The translations under genes were made by a program, and so were the position numbers. From Chlorokybus atmophyticus (lineage: Eukaryota > Plantae > Mesostigma and Chlorokybus algae), in assembly GCA_009103225.1 (NCBI GenBank), contig RHPI01002918.1:12237-76236 (forward strand): 64,000 bases of DNA, given 5' to 3'. The notes under the pieces were generated by a model that worked only from the letters and a program-made list of their open reading frames with translations, was not told where the DNA came from and did not search any database. Numbering within the stretch: the first letter of the stretch is position 1; each line of letters begins with the position of its first letter. Positions 12,253-27,166 of the stretch are shown here, piece after piece.

Positions 12253-15200
12253 CTACTGCGAACCAGCCTGCTGGTAAACCAACAGGTACGCCTGTTCGCT
12301 AAGCACGCGCGAGACGGGCACTTGTGAGACAAAGTCATCGTCAAACCGCAACCACTTGCTGCCAGCGTAGCGCACGGACGCCGTATAGTGGCCGCCAGAA
12401 GGCTGCTTGCCATGGTGGCATACTGTGGCCACAAGATTGTACACAACCTTTCTGCGGCGCGCAAGCAGCTCAAGTGGGAGTGACAGCGTTTCCAGATATG
12501 AGACGGGTTTGTGCACCTTGCTGGAACCTTGAGCCGAATAAGCGAACCGCATGAGGTGCAGGATCAGCACCCGTGGCGGGCTTTCAATCTGCAAACTCTT
12601 TCTGGCAGACACCTCTCGCCCCGCACCTCCCGCACGGTAGCTCTCGAGGTTTTCTGGAATGGCCAGGGCGTGCAGTGCATCTTCCACAGAGCAGATCTGA
12701 CAAGACCAGAAAATAATGCGATCAGCGCAAAAACTCCTTTCAACCAATACAGCTGAATCCCAGCAAAATGTACTCTGATTCTGTGCACCAGACTGTCTCT
12801 CCGCGCTACAGCACGTCAGCATGCATACTGGCTGGGAACGCAACAATATACCTCGTCAGGCAGTATGTTGAGCTGCAGCAATGTGAAGGGCTGGAGGGTT
12901 GCAGAAGACTTGGCTCCATGGCTTTTCACTGTGCTACGCAGCGTGCCACCAAAAATAGACATTACTGCGGACTCGCCGGCAGCGTGACGTCGTGTTATTG
13001 CTGTGCGCTTGCCCTTGCTCACCTGCGAGGGGAATGCAAAGGTAGGTATCCAACAACTCTCAGCGCTGCTATATAATGTTGCAACCCACCTCTTCCCACT
13101 CATCGTCGTCATTGCCAACCACTAGCGGTGGTGTGGGCGCGGCCTGACCACCTGCAAGAGCTTGCATCTCATCGTGCAGGTTATCCATAACCAGACTCAA
13201 AAACTCCTGAGCGTCTTCCTGTCTAGACTTTATCTGGGTGCCTGCAAGCACAGCATGCACACATTGGCATGACAGAGTGAATTACAAGATCACATCTGTT
13301 CCAAGTGGTTCCTTAGGTTGACCAAAAGCAGCTATTGAACACACGCATCACAACCATACGAACACATGAACAACATATTGGAGCACACGCAACAGCATAC
13401 CTGGCTTATTAGGGCGCAATCGAGCAACTACTGGGTCGAACATTGATGGTGCAAAAGGGTTTCCTGTTGTGATGACTTCTGCATCCTTGCCATCATCTTT
13501 GACAGCTGGAGTTTGCGCCTGCACCTCATTGTCAGGGCAAGCCTTCCGAAGTTGAAAACGCACGCTGCACTGCAACTATGCCTGTACACGTGTGTGCATG
13601 TGACTAGAAGATTACTGCCCAGTAACTGACCTGTGGCCCAGCTGGGACAAAGAAAGAGGCAAACTCTTTGAAGGCTACTAGTGTTGGCGCACTCCCCGGC
13701 AGCTGCTTTTGTGCCTGCAGTGTTTGCAGTAGGCTGGCGAAGGGTGTGACTGCCAATAGTGCCTGCTCACAAAGCAACATGTAAACCACTTGGTTCGTAT
13801 CAGGGCACATCCTTTGGCCTGCTTTCAACACTTGACTCCACTGACATGAAGTTGACAGTATAAAGCAGCGCGTAGTGTGATGTTGTTGTGTGTGGTATAA
13901 CTCGCTGTACCTGCAGTGTTGCATTCGCAAAGCAAGTGTTGCCGGTGTTGATGAGACCCCGTGGTTGGAAAACAGCAGCGTTGGACAGGATGTTGCTCGG
14001 CCCATGGAGCAGCAGCTGCTTGAACTTTGCTTGGCGAGCCTCTTCATCATCCTGCAAACTTGTGTGATGCGAGGCGACAATGCACGTCGAAGTCATGCGT
14101 TAAGTGCATCATACCTTCACAGCAGGTGCATGGTTGGAAGCCCTTTCCTGACCTCGCTTTGCTGTTGGTGGCTGTGACACGCACAATTGGTCGGGATATT
14201 CATGCAGAAGTGTTGCGGTTATGACTTTGGTATGGCCACAACGCACACCAGCTAAAGTACCAACTAATCCTCAACGCAGCGCTACCTGTGAGTGCTGGGC
14301 ATGGTGATGGCCTACAGCAGCGGCCCAGGAGACTGGTGCAGGCTTGGGCGCAGCCGGTGCTGTTGTAGGAGGCTGCACTAAAGCCTGCTGCTGTGCAGCA
14401 ACTTGTGCTGTTGAAGCCGCAGCATGGACAGCTGCTGAAGTGCCTGGTGCCTGTGTCATAAGCAAATTGAATATGATGGGCAATGCCGTCAAGATCTCGA
14501 CAATGGCGACTTTACAATGACACCATGCAGATCTCGTACAGCAGGATTAGCAATACCTCAGACCGCTGTTGTTCATAATTCTGTTCTGGTGCGACTTGCT
14601 GAGCTGGAACTGGAGTGCCTGCAGGCTGTAATGTGATCAAGCTTAGCAAATTAGTTGCCCCCAATGCATCGCTTGGCATGCAAAACAAACGCTGTCAAGA
14701 CAACTACCTCAGTGTGCAGTGTGGGTCCGCTAAGCTCTGCCCATTCTTGTGTTGTGAAGTCGCCAAAAAGGAAGGTCTGCATGGCAGACATGTTGGAAAA
14801 ATGCACATGCAAGCTGGCACGGCGGATCAGATCGTCAAACAGCGCATTAAGCAATCCAAAGGTTGATGAACTGAGCAGAACAATGCATTGCCGAGCTTGG
14901 CTGCGGTCGACACGAGGATTGTGAATGCAGAATGCACTTGATTTGCCGTGCCACACGTCTAGGTGAATTGCACACATGCAAAGAGTGAAGGACATGGATG
15001 CATTAATCTGGGAGCAGCTGCAACCATCGTGTGGAAGCTGTGCATGCATGCACCCCATCAGTCCTAAGTTCAGTACTCCATCGCGGCAGACCACAGCATG
15101 CAGCTGAAGAGGCACATGCCGACATCATATGTATTACAAACTCAACCGCAGGCAGATCTCCAACCTGCTCTGTCATCGGCGTGCAACCTCAGGCTGGGAC

Positions 15201-15437
15201 GCCTGTCATTGAAGCAGCAATAGCACCGATTTGACTTGCGATCCAAGCAGCAGGACACTACAAGTTCGCTACAAGAAAGCTTCACGGCTTCTGGACCGCC
15301 TCCTCCCACTCCCTTTTACCCACGCCTACACCACCGCCGTCGCCACCCTCGCCAACACCACCGCTCGCTCTGCCACCTAGTCTTAGGGGCTAGGGTTTGC
15401 TGACCTTAACGTTAGCAAGAGTACTTACGTTTGACAT
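12253..15437 (-). CDS. UBP24: Ubiquitin carboxyl-terminal hydrolase, UBP24/USP10 type; multi-exon
   Basis: A micro-exon MSN (15437-15429, GTAAGT donor) precedes TFLFGDFTTQEW, similar to the plant UBP24 N-terminal FVFGSF motif. The Cys-box reads QPRGLINTGNTCFANATLQ, then RQEDAQEFL, and the His-box reads VCHHGKQPSGGHYTA...WLRFDD. Confidence 0.92.
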
Positions 15438-15667
15438 GTTAGGTACCACACTGGATGCTTACTCTTCTTCTGCGCTGATGCAGCAGATGTAGCACACGTT
15501 GCAGATGTTCGTTATGCAGCGTCCCGCGCTTTTTTGTCGTTGGGCTCAGCTCCAAACCCTAATTTTGAATCCGGCCAGGCCAGGCCGGGCGGCGTTCCCT
15601 GGCGAGACTAGGCCAGGCCGGGGTTTGAGTGAGTCGGACAAGAGTGGATGTGTGTATAGCAGATTAG
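15438..15667. promoter_or_regulatory. Compact bidirectional promoter region between the UBP24 and CLASP start codons
   Basis: Divergent ATGs lie at 15437 (-) and 15668 (+). AAACCCTAATTTT is at 15554, AGGCCAGGCCGGG occurs twice (about 15581-15620), and a further TAGGGTTT is at 15391. Confidence 0.65.
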
Positions 15668-18600
15668 ATGGACAGTGCGCTGGCGCTGGTTTTTGAGAAG
15701 GATACAAAAAAGCGGCTACAGGTGAGAAGGGCTTGCTTGCGTGCTGGCCTGCTTGCTTGCTGGCCTGCTGCCTACTGGTCCAAGTTGATGGCCCAATGAC
15801 GCTTGTACGTGTCATGTGTGTGGCTGTGTGTGTGCGATTGCTACGCAAAGGGTGTTGGCGAGTTGCAAGAGCTGCTATGCAAGAATGGTGCGTCTTCGGC
15901 GAGCTTGTTCGCTCCCAGCAACTTTCCTGCTTTGCTGGAAGCGCTGCTGCCGCTGCTGAAAGACAACAACTTTAGGTCAGACTACGTTGTGTGTTACTTG
16001 GTATGCATGCATTCCCTTTTGCTTACAATAGTGCGTGCCCATGTGCTGATCAATGCACTGTGCCACAATACGCTGGATTTGCTCTCCTGTCAGTCTAGTT
16101 ACTTATCTTGTCATGACTACGGTGACAAGAAGTTATATAAAGCACTCGCAATTATGCTGTTAGCGATAGCATTAGCATGCACGAAATTGACCGCATTCTG
16201 GTGATGCTGGGCTTGCCCGTAATTGGCTTGCCCGTAATGGGCTTGCTTGGACACCAGCACAGGCCGCTGGTTTGAGGAGCAGCAATGTTATGCGATGTGA
16301 GGCAGCTGCAATAAGCCCAGCTGCAGCTGCCTCACAACGTACCATTGGTTCTTGCATGCAGCATGTGTGCTGCAGCTGACGCTGGGTGCATGGTGGTAAT
16401 CAGCGGCTCATTACGCAATTGCTATGTTGCCACTGCGTATCATCATGTTAAAACATGGGGCGTCTGTGGTAGTTCATCTGGCACGGTTGCAGCCGCAGTG
16501 TATGCTGTGTTCATACGAGTGCGTGTATTCATGGATACCGCCCGTGTTAGGCATGTACCACATGCTGTGTATTAGAACCATGGAGCTTATGCATAGTCTT
16601 CATAGCTGCATACGATAAGGCGGTGATGCATGCCAATGACTTGTTTTTATGTGCAATGTGTTGTACTGGCATTGACGACCCATGACATGCTACCAGGGTG
16701 TGTGAGGGTGCCTTACTAGTCATCAAGTCGCTTCTACCTCGTACCGGAGAAGCAACCGTCCGCTCTCAACTAACCAAGCTCCTTCCTCCTGTGGTTGAAA
16801 GACTTGGTGATGGAAAGCAACCGGTTCGCGATGCTGGCAGGCGACTCTTGTTGTTGCTTATGCAGGTGCTTGACCAACCACTAGGACTCTTGGAGGGATC
16901 TGAAGTAGATTGAGAAACGTGTTATGACAACTGCTGTTTGACTGACGTTTAACTTGACGATTAGGTGGTGGGTGCCCTGGATGTGTTCGAAAGGGTGGAA
17001 GCACTGGGGTTTGAACACAAAAACTGGCGCATAAGAGAGGAGTTGACCCGCACGATCGCAGCTGCCGCGGCTCTCTTCTCCCCTCGCGAGTTGCCACATC
17101 AAAGGATTGTACCGTGGGTATGTCATTGCGACTGTTGATGTCCCATTGCACACATTGTCAAGAGCATTACATACCTATGAAGGGTAACCATGCTGCACGT
17201 TGCCTTGGCTTGCTGGCAAGCTACATCACCAAGCAACGGTTTGGCAGATGGTCAAGTTGCTGGATGACTCAAACAGCGCGGTGCGGGAGGCTGCAGTGGC
17301 CTGCCTGGAGGTATTTGTTATGACTGATAGCCCTTTATGTGTATACAATTGGGTCTCTCTGTGAGAGATAACCAATGGCATCAGTATAACTCAGCCCTGA
17401 CATGTTAATGGCGGCGATGATGCTTTCACAAGCGAGCGTGGCTGGTTGAGCTCACTGATAGCATGTAAGATACAGTTCTCAACTGTTGTTGCTCAGGAAA
17501 TGTACACCGTGAGCGGCGTGCAGCTGTACAATGCGCTCAAGCAGTGCACCATACGCCCCGCCCAGGTACCCAACCGTGCCGCTTCTCAATCTCCTCAATG
17601 CCACATGGTGTTTCTAATCGTATACTCGGTGCCTGGCAGATGAAAGAGATTACTACACGGTTCAATCAGTTAAGGCCTTTGGAAGAAGCGGCACGCGAAG
17701 AGGAGGTGTCCACGGCACCTGCTGAGATACGCACACTAGCTAAAACTGGTAAGCAGCATCAAGTGCCATGTCTGCACAAAGTCCGAGGACAACAGCTTGT
17801 GCGTGCATCCCTGATTTTATGCCCCCCATGATCACCTCCGTTTTATCTTAGATTTCCCATGAAGTTGCAACTGTTGTATAGCAGCATATCAGCACTGTTA
17901 GTATGACACACAAGCCTGCCCAAAAAGTGTTGATGTTCTTGCTTTATGCCATAACTTGCTGTGCAGTTCGCACTGCCGTGCAGCCGGAACGACCGTCATC
18001 AGCTCCAGCTGCAGTGGACAAGCCTCCTGCGACACCCGTGTCAGCTCGGCGCAAGAAAGACTTATCGGCAACAACACCAACAAGTAGGTTGTCAGCTGTG
18101 GAGAGCATGTGCTTGACCTATTAGTAGGGACACGCGAGCAGCAGTCTGCCTGAACACGCATGCTTGTTGCATGCAGTAAGGAGCGTGGACAAAGATGACA
18201 TTGAGGCCGCCGAGCCGGTACGAGTTTACACTGAACGTGAATTGGCCCGCGAACTGGAGAAGATCAGGGATGAGCTCAGCGCGAAGACTGATTGGTCCAT
18301 CCGTCAGGCCGCTATGCAACGGCTGGAGGGCTTAGTTCTTGGAGGTATGGCAACTAGGGGTGAAGTCATGTTAAGTACATACGCCATGTGGAAACTTCAA
18401 GTACAGTAGTTGGCACGTGCAATGTGAGTATCACTTGTTGTAGGTGCAATGAAGCGTGGAGTCACAGTTTGTTTGATGTTGTGGCAGCTCATACCATTCA
18501 TCTTAGCTATAGCTGAGTTGCATGCATCCTGGCCCCAGGTGCGACGAACTTTGATGCATTTCCCGCCATGCTGAAAGATCTGCTGCGCGATGCGCTCGTG

Positions 18601-21600
18601 CAACAGATTTCTGACCGGCGCTCCAGCATTGCAAAACAGGTCAGGATTGGCATCGACAGATGGTACAGTCTTAGAACGTGTGCTTTGTGTGCATGTTTGT
18701 TCGGCGGTACGAATAAAGGGCGAACTCATGTGAAAGCAATGCTCAGTACCTGCCTTGCCGATGTAGGCCTGCCATCTCGTGAGCTTTCTGTCCCAAGAGC
18801 TGCAGTCCTTGTTTGAGCCTCTGGCCGAAGCCTTGGTTCCAGAGTTGTTCAAGCTCGTGGTTATTACCGTTCACATCATGGCAGAGTCTGGCGATACGGC
18901 TGTGCGCACCGTGCTTATCAACTGCAAATGCCCTCGCCTTGTACCTGTCATAGCCAAAACTGCGATGAAGGACAGAAGCTCAATCCTTCGACAAAGGTAC
19001 TATAAGGGAGGAATTCTTGACCAATACATTAGATGTATCAACATTGACCACAGTGATAACTGAAATAATAAGCAATCTTGATTGTAGAGGTCGCTATCAG
19101 CTCACAATACCTGAGCATTATGCTCACAGGTGTTGTGAGTATGCTTTGTTAATGCTCACTGAATGGGGAGAGGCGCCAGAGATGCACCGGTATGCGGAAA
19201 CACTTGAAGAGCTGTCGAGAGCTGCTGTTGCTGATGCTGTCAGTGAGGTATGAGGGGCATGGCTGGCAGGTATCACGTATGTGCGGGCCTTTCTCTCTCG
19301 TTATCATGACATCCACAATGCATCGTAGGTGCGATCTACTGCAAGGCATCTGTGCAGGGCAGTCATTGACCTTTGGCCTGAGCGGGCACGGCGCTTCATT
19401 GCGTCCCTTGACCCCAGTACACAGAAGGTAAGGTGTTACATGAGGGCCAGTTGTACTGCACACACATGCTGTTGACAATGTATCTACTTTGCATGCAGAT
19501 GCTCGATGAAGAACCCAACAGAGCAGTCACTAAATTAGCCAAAGCCAGGCTAAGTCACACAACTGCACCAGCGAAATCTCAACTGGTGCAGAATGTGCCC
19601 GCCGCTGCTGTCACTGCAACAGCGCCAAAGAGTACAACTGGCATGCACAGTTCTGCACTTCGTCGTGTTTCATCTGCCGAGCTGGTTGCAATGCCTCCTC
19701 CAATGGAAGAGGATACCTCATTCAAAAAAGGTGCGGTTAACGAGTTGCTGTGTGCTGGCGACTTGAAGTAGCTTCTGGCATCTCATTTGTCAAATCATGG
19801 AGCATGCGTGCTCTTCACTTTGGCTAGCATGTGCATGTGCATGTGCATGTGCAGGCATACTACACTCAGCATGTGTGTTGGCTACTCACACATATATCTG
19901 CGTTCAGTCTGCGCATTGCTGTTGATGTACAGCCGCAACAGATGGCTCGCTCTTGTGTTGTGCAAACTGCTTTCGTGCAGGTCTTAATTGTCTGCGAAAG
20001 TCAATGGCTCCCGGCGCAGCCATGCGAATTGAGGTAACGGAGTCTCCGGTGGCAGCAGTGCCCAACTCTGCCAGGCCCGATCCGAGTAACAACATCAGGC
20101 CCGAATTTGTGCGAGCCGACCGTGTCACGCAGCCGCAACCACAAAGCTCGTCGCACAACGGCCCGTTGCACAACAACAGCAATCATGGTTTGATGTTGCC
20201 CCGCCCTACTGTGAATGCTGCACGCCGCGTGCCGTGTGCTGAGCAACCGCGCATGGAGACACATACTGCCGCGCACCATGGCGGGGGTGAAGCGCCAGTT
20301 CCATCTGGTAAGCATGTCTTATCAAAGGATGTTTTAAAGTGTCAATATGGTCTTGGCACTGTCTTTGTTGTAAATCATGTTGTTTCAATGCAGTGGAATG
20401 CACAAATGAACAACATCCAGCTCCCCATCATGCAGTCATCTGTGTGCATCATTGTGGAGAGTATAAGTTGGTGCATTACTGTCGCTGATGCATCTCATTT
20501 GGGTTGCAGCGAGCGGGCCCAAGCGGGTATTGCGTAGTGAAGCCTCATCACTTGACGACGGAGAGAGCTTGAGAACAAGCCAGCGCTTGAGACCGCCAAC
20601 TTCTGACGCCGCATTGGAAGAAACCATGGCGCATGCAATGGCAACGCTGCATGCGCAGGGTGCGACATGGCAAAAGCGTGTCGAGGCCTTTGACCAGATC
20701 AAACGCTTGCTGGGAACTTTGCGTGGCATGCACGAGATGCGTTCGCACCTGGACAGGTATGCCATTCCTCTTAACTGCTGCACCTGCAAGTATCAAAGTG
20801 CGCATGCCATGTAGACGCAAAGATACCCACTTGCTGATGTGATGCTTGCCGCTGCAGATTGGTAGTACTGATAGAGGAGCATCTCAATGATGCGCATCAT
20901 CGCGTAGTCCAAGCAGTGCTTAGCACGCTCTGCGAGTTGATCACTACATATGCTGCCCCACTTGAGACTTACCTGGATCGGCTGCTCCCGCATGTCTTTG
21001 GACACTTGGTGGACTCCAAGGTATCCAATTGCGTCAACTTCGTAATGATCTCACCAGGTGTTGTCAACTGAGCAAGGGAGCATTGCACCAAGCAGTGAGC
21101 ATACAAAGTAGGGCATTGGTGGTGACCGTGGCAATTGTTGTTTTAATCCGCTCTTGCTGCCTTATGCAGGAGCATAGCAGAGCATTAGCAGCTGAAGTGC
21201 TTGAGGTTGCAAACGCCAACTATGCTAGCGATGTATTGTTGCAAGCTCTTGTCAGGTCTCTTGAAGTGCAACGCCCTCCCAAAGCCAGGACCGGTATGCC
21301 ATCCTGCATCGTAGACAAGTCATATGCTCGTGATTCTCACAATGTGGCTTTGCACAGGTGTTTTAGAGTATGCCTTGCATGCGCTGACACAAGCAACAGC
21401 GGGCTCACGTCCGCTGACCGCGTGGGTGGCACGCGTTGCGCCGCTCACAGCAGACCGGAATGCGGATGTCCGCAAGGTCGCCACAGCGAGTTTGCTACAG
21501 ATATATGCGAAGGTGGACAGCACTGCGGTGCTAGGTTACCTGTTGAGTGCTGCAAGCGGAGAGCAGGTATTCGTACGGCCGCTGCCAATGACATCACACA

Positions 21601-23560
21601 CGCACGTGCACATGCACACGCGTGCACACACAAGCCCATGCGCATGTGCACACGCAATATCAGTAACCGCGGGATAATGGATGTGTGCATGGCAGGGAGC
21701 GCTGCGAAGGCTACTGGCTCAAAGCATTCCCAGTCTCGAACACGACATCATCAACTTTGCAAAGCACAAGCAGCGGACAGTTGCTGTACATAGAACAGAA
21801 GCCGCTGAGTGCGCCTCAACTTCCAACGCCTCAACCCCTTGCGCATCACCCACGCAGTCCAAAGCAAGCGACCCTCACAGCATCGCGAGTGACAACAGTC
21901 ATCCCTTGACAGACCTCAGCAACAGACATGATGCGGTCGCCACCCCGGATGGCGCATGCGTCGGTTTGACCATGGAGCGCCTTGCATCTGGAGGCTACGG
22001 CTGGAATGAACGAGAAAACAGCAGTCCATTCAAGCCACTGCTCCGCACTCCTACGCAGGTTCGTTACCGTTGTTGCCGTGCACTACTTTTGGTGTTGGGA
22101 TTGCAACCCACACACACTGTGCAGACTCCTGTCAAGGCGGATTCCCCAGTCAAAGACGACGCTCAAATAGGGTCTTCTCCTTACACGCATGAGGCGGATG
22201 CGGATTTTGCGCAGCAGGAGCGCATGCTGGCTTCAGTCCCTGAGCTTGTGCGGCAGGTATGGCTTCGTAGGGTTCACGCATGCATACGCTCTGATTTTGC
22301 ATGCAACTTACTTAGGCTGTCATGGCTATGAACCAATTGGATGTCCGGTTGATCACCTCGCGCAATGCGTGATGGTTGGTTGCTTTTTATGGTGACACTC
22401 TTGTGTGCAGATGGATAGTGCATTGCCCGCCATTTGCTTGCAAGGTCTACAGAGCATCCTCAACCTATCTGAATCAGACAGTCTTGTGTTGTGGCAGCAG
22501 GTACGGCAACAATGCTATCAACACCAGAGACAGAGTTGACTGGACAAGCATTGCATCAACTCTGACCTTGTGCATCCGCGTGTTGCTCGCAGAGTCTGGG
22601 CCAAGTCCTGTTGATGGTGCTGGAGACGCTCAGCGCCGAGAGTAGCGATGCGGCTGTAAAGGAAGCCGCGATCCAAGTCATATCGCAGCTCGCCAACAGA
22701 CTGCCGCAAGGGCTGGAGGACTTCCTGGAAATTGTGGTGCACAGGGTTGCAGCACTGTTGCAAGACCCTCATCCTGAGGTATGCAATTGCACAGGGTTTT
22801 GATTAACCCAAATGCTTGTGCCTTGATGAGCTTGGGTATCATGTAGGTGTCGCGGGCAGCTGACAGCGTGCTGGAGGTGATGTGTTCACTACTGCGGCCG
22901 CTACGTCTGCTTCAGGTAGCGCATAAACGTATCTGCGCACACACGTACAGAGAGACAAACACCCACCCACCCACCCACACGCCCACTCACCCACATGCAT
23001 AGAGATGCACGCACACACGCACACATGCACACTGAATCATGCATGCAAGTGTAACACATGCATCTGATGCAGGTCGTTGTGCCATTGGTGCTGAGTAATG
23101 ACGAGCATCTTCGCATCGCCGTGCGCATGCTGGACCGCGTGTTGGCTCGCTTGCAGCGCGACGATCTGCTGACACAGGTCAATGCACTCTCATGATGTTG
23201 TCCAAAGTGATTCCGTTTGGAAATTGACACACATGATGCACCTGTATGCCAAGTTGCACACGTGTACTCACTACCAAACCTCTGTTGCTGCAGCTCCCGA
23301 CCGTGATGCCCGGCCTGATCCAAGCCTTCAACAACGCGAGCGCGGACGTGCGCAAGGCGGTGGTGTTCTGCCTCGTGGACATGCATGCCCGTGTCGGCGG
23401 GGACGCGCTCATGCCGCATCTGACCCCGCTGTCCGCCGCGCAGAAAAAGCTTGTCACCATATACATCGAGCGACGCCAGCAGCAGGGGTCACAACAATTG
23501 GAGCAACATGAACAACCGTCCGTCACCGCGTCAACGTCGGGGCCTGTTTTGGTATCTTAA
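15668..23560 (+). CDS. CLASP: CLIP-associated protein (CLASP), TOG/HEAT microtubule regulator; more than 20 exons
   Basis: MDSALALVFEKDTKKRLQ|GVGEL...LLKDNNF|...PVVERLGDGKQPVRDA. TOG2 reads DWSIRQAAMQRLEGLVLGG and LVQQISDRRSSIAKQ. The C-terminus reads GLIQAFNNASADVRKAVVFCLVDM...QKKLVTIYIERR. All match plant CLASP. Confidence 0.95.
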
Positions 23561-24100
23561 GCACATTGGCTAGGCCTGGTAGTAGATTGTTTTGAGTGTA
23601 CAACTGTATTTTTGTCAGTCAGCACAAAAGAACAGTTACACTGTACTGTGTTTGTGCGGGCGCTGCAAGCCCATAGGTAATGATGAGATGTTGTAAGCCA
23701 TGAGTAGGGTAAGTGAAAAGTTATGTAGCTTATCAACACGAGTGTGTGCACGCATGGCTGGTCAGGAGACCAGATTAACTGCACGAGTGTGGGAATGCTG
23801 CCAGAGATACTATCCATGCCTTTGTACGTCAGAGTGGCGGTTTGCAGACACAGACACTGTTTGCGATGCATTGAGAGCGAAACTTTCCACGGCAGGCATG
23901 TGGAGACACGGCAGTGACATGCTTACCATCTTGTCATTCAACAACTATTGCTTCAAGTTGCAGCTTCTCGGCAAAGGCTGCAGAGCTTGATGGGAAACAT
24001 GGAACAGCCTATCTTGGCCAAGATAGATGCTTCAGGTCATAGCGAAGACACATGCACGAGTAACGCCCCACAACACAGCATCGCATCAACACGTTTGTCT

Positions 24101-27100
24101 CTACAACTCATCGCGGAGCTCAACCTGCACCACCTCAATCCCGTCCTCATCGCCCTCCACACCCTCCGCGCCCTCCCCGACCAGCACGAGCGTGTTGGAT
24201 GCGTGCGTCCCCATCCCCTCCACCTTGTTGTCTCTCACGACCACATCCTTACACTCCTTCAGCCACACGATCGCCTTGTGGTCCGCGCCGTGGTCCTTGC
24301 CCGTGTCGTCAATGTGTTGCATGTGTGTGTCGACGAACTTGTTGTTGGTGATGGATACGCCCTTGGCGCCGACCACGCCAATGTCCACACCGCACCCGTT
24401 CTCGATGGTGTTGGACTCGATGGTGATGTCTTGGATGGTGTAGTGCAGGTGTGTTGATGGTGTTGTTGTGATGGAGCCAGCAAGGCTTATTGCGCCAGCT
24501 TGTTTGGACCACGGAGCGCTGCAGAAGCGGGCAGCGTCCGTGATGTGGTTGTTTCTTATCACCTGCAAGGTGACATGTTGTGTGTATTTGTGCATGCGTG
24601 TGCCTATAGACAACTCGTCTTACCACATTCTTGACTAGAGCTGCGGCGCCTTCGGGCACCTCAGGGTCCACTTTGATGCCGCTCGGGCCGATCAGAGTGT
24701 TGTTCTCCACAACTCCATCACTGGCCTTGATCAAGATCCTATGCCCACAAACCAAGAAGCCAACATCTAGACTCTAGACTCAAGCACAAGTGCCTCACTC
24801 ACCAAATACCAACATCCCTGTGAGTACTCCTCACACACACACATATCCACTCACCTCCCAACACTGTGCATGTAGTTGTCCCGAAACCCGAACCCATTCC
24901 CCTGTCTATCCGGACACACCACCGACATCCCCACCTCAAACCCAAGATCACCCTCACCCTCCATTTCACCTCTGACCCATCCATCTCCAGCCAGACTCCA
25001 GAAGCTCCACGCCTGCGCCTGTTCGAGGCTGTGAAGGGTGTCCGCGCTGAGGTGCAGGGAGGCGTCGATCTTGGAGACGGGTGTGGCGGAGGAGAGGGTG
25101 AGAGAGTGTTGTTGGGTGGAGGGGGAGAAGAGGTGGTCGCCGGGAGTGAGGAGGGCGCAGGGGTCGCGAGGGATGAGGATGAGAGACTTGCCTGAGGGAG
25201 TGCGTGTGTGTGTCTGTGTCTGTGTGTGAGTGTACACGCACGAGTGTGCTTGCGCGAGTGTGCTTGTGCGAGCGTGCGTGCGCTAGCATGCGTGTGCATG
25301 TGGGTGTGTGCAGATGCGAGCATGTGTGTTGGTGCGCAGGCGTTGGTGCGATTGCGAATGTGACTTGAGCTTGTGAGATACACCCACCCACACCCACACG
25401 CCACCCCAACTTTCACTCACCTTCCGCCGCCCCGACCACCCAGTCCATGCTGGTGACGCTCCATCCGTCGTCCCCGCAGTGCTCGATGCGGCACCCCGTC
25501 GCCTGCGGACCGTGACGAGGCGAGTTGTGCAGGATGGCGTCCCAGTTGGTCGCAAGAAGACGGCCCTGCGTTTGGAAGTTGTCATAACTGTAAACAGAGA
25601 AACACGCAAACCAGCACGTGCACACACACATACAAGCACACGCGCACGCACGCAGAAACACACACAGATATGCACACACAAGAGAGCGTATGCGTCCATG
25701 CGAGCACACGCACACGCACGCACACAATCTCTCTCAACTGAATCCGCTCTCGGTGCCACATTGACGCCGACCAGTTCCGTCCCTCCCTCTCCCGCCGTCT
25801 CCACGAGGCCCATGCCGGGCGCGGCGCGGATGGACGCATCGACCAACTTGATGCCACCCCTGAAAAAGAGAGAGTATAGTTGATGAACCGATGGAGAGAG
25901 TGAACTACTACTTCCTCTTTCTCTCTTGCCTGCAGTGTTCTATTGCCATGGCGTGGGGGATGCCGTCGGGGGAGCAGCCGTTGGGGTCGCTCAGGGAGAT
26001 GAGGTCGCCAACCTGAGAGGTGTGGGTGGGTGTGCGTACTGTGGGCGAATGTGCATCCTTATGAACGTGTGCGCACTTGCATGCGTGCGTGCGAGTGGGT
26101 CTCTGCTGGTGGATGTGTGCGTGCAAATACATGTGTGTGTGCGCGCGTGCGTGCGTGCGTGCGTGTTGTCACTGTACTGCTTGAGCACTCCTGCTCCAGG
26201 ACCCACCTCAGCGAAGGAGCAGATGTTTTCGTGTGTTACGCGCACAACAGTCTCAGAGTCCATTTCTGCCTTTGCGCCCCAAAGGTAAGGCATGCCTGTC
26301 TACATACCAACAAAGCAATGTGTATATTGCTGTGTTCATGCCCATGGTACATTGTCGCTCGTGCTCACATACTTTGCGGTAGCGAGTGCGTGGATCCACA
26401 ATGTCAATGCGGGTCCACGGCTGGCGCGGATATCTTTCATCAAGCTGTGTAACAAGTCGAACATCAGACAGATAATGACGGTGACCTGACACATGTTGGG
26501 TTGACTTTCAAGCACAATGAACAAGGCACAAGAGTAGGCGGCTTTATGTGAGCACGTGTGCAAAAAGCCATCAGCAACCTCACCGATACATAGATGCTGC
26601 TTGAGTCTGCATCAACATTCGCAATCTGCACACACCACATATGAGCTCAGTGTCTCAGTCACACAACGCCAACCTGAAGTTTGCATGTGGTTGGATGCAG
26701 ACGTAGTGTTGTTGCTGCTGTTCAAGCAACACAACAAGATTGTGTATCATCGAACACACTCTGACCTGGCCTTGTGTGAATGGCAGAGGATCATAGTCGA
26801 TCTCAAGCCCCGTTATAGTCACATCCTTGCAATCCCTGAGCTCCAAACACCTTGTCTGTACACCGTCATCACCACCACCATCACCACCACCATCAGCACC
26901 ATCAGCACCATCACCACCAACAACAGCAACATCAACAGCACACACACCTGTTTTGTGCACACGAATGTGACATTCGTGGCGTCGATGTGGAGGTCCTCCG
27001 CGCCCTGGATGAGAATGTGGATGGCGGGGTGGGGGGCCTGAGGGGAGAGGCGGTAGGTGCCTGGGGGGATGGTCACCTCATTCTTGCCATCTGAGAGAAA

Positions 27101-27132
27101 CGAGGTGAGGAGTTGGTTCAGTGAGTGCATCA

Positions 27133-27166
<34 letters not shown>

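Noticed and set aside
16209-16245. Short direct repeats GGCTTGCCCGTAAT x2 (also GGTTGTAACGTCC x2 near 31790)
   Set aside because: These are intronic two-copy slippage duplications with no evidence of function.
26852-27094. Poly-His/Gln ORF on the + strand
   Set aside because: It is the antisense reading of a GGT/GAT microsatellite intron (about 26860-26950) in the beta-helix gene.
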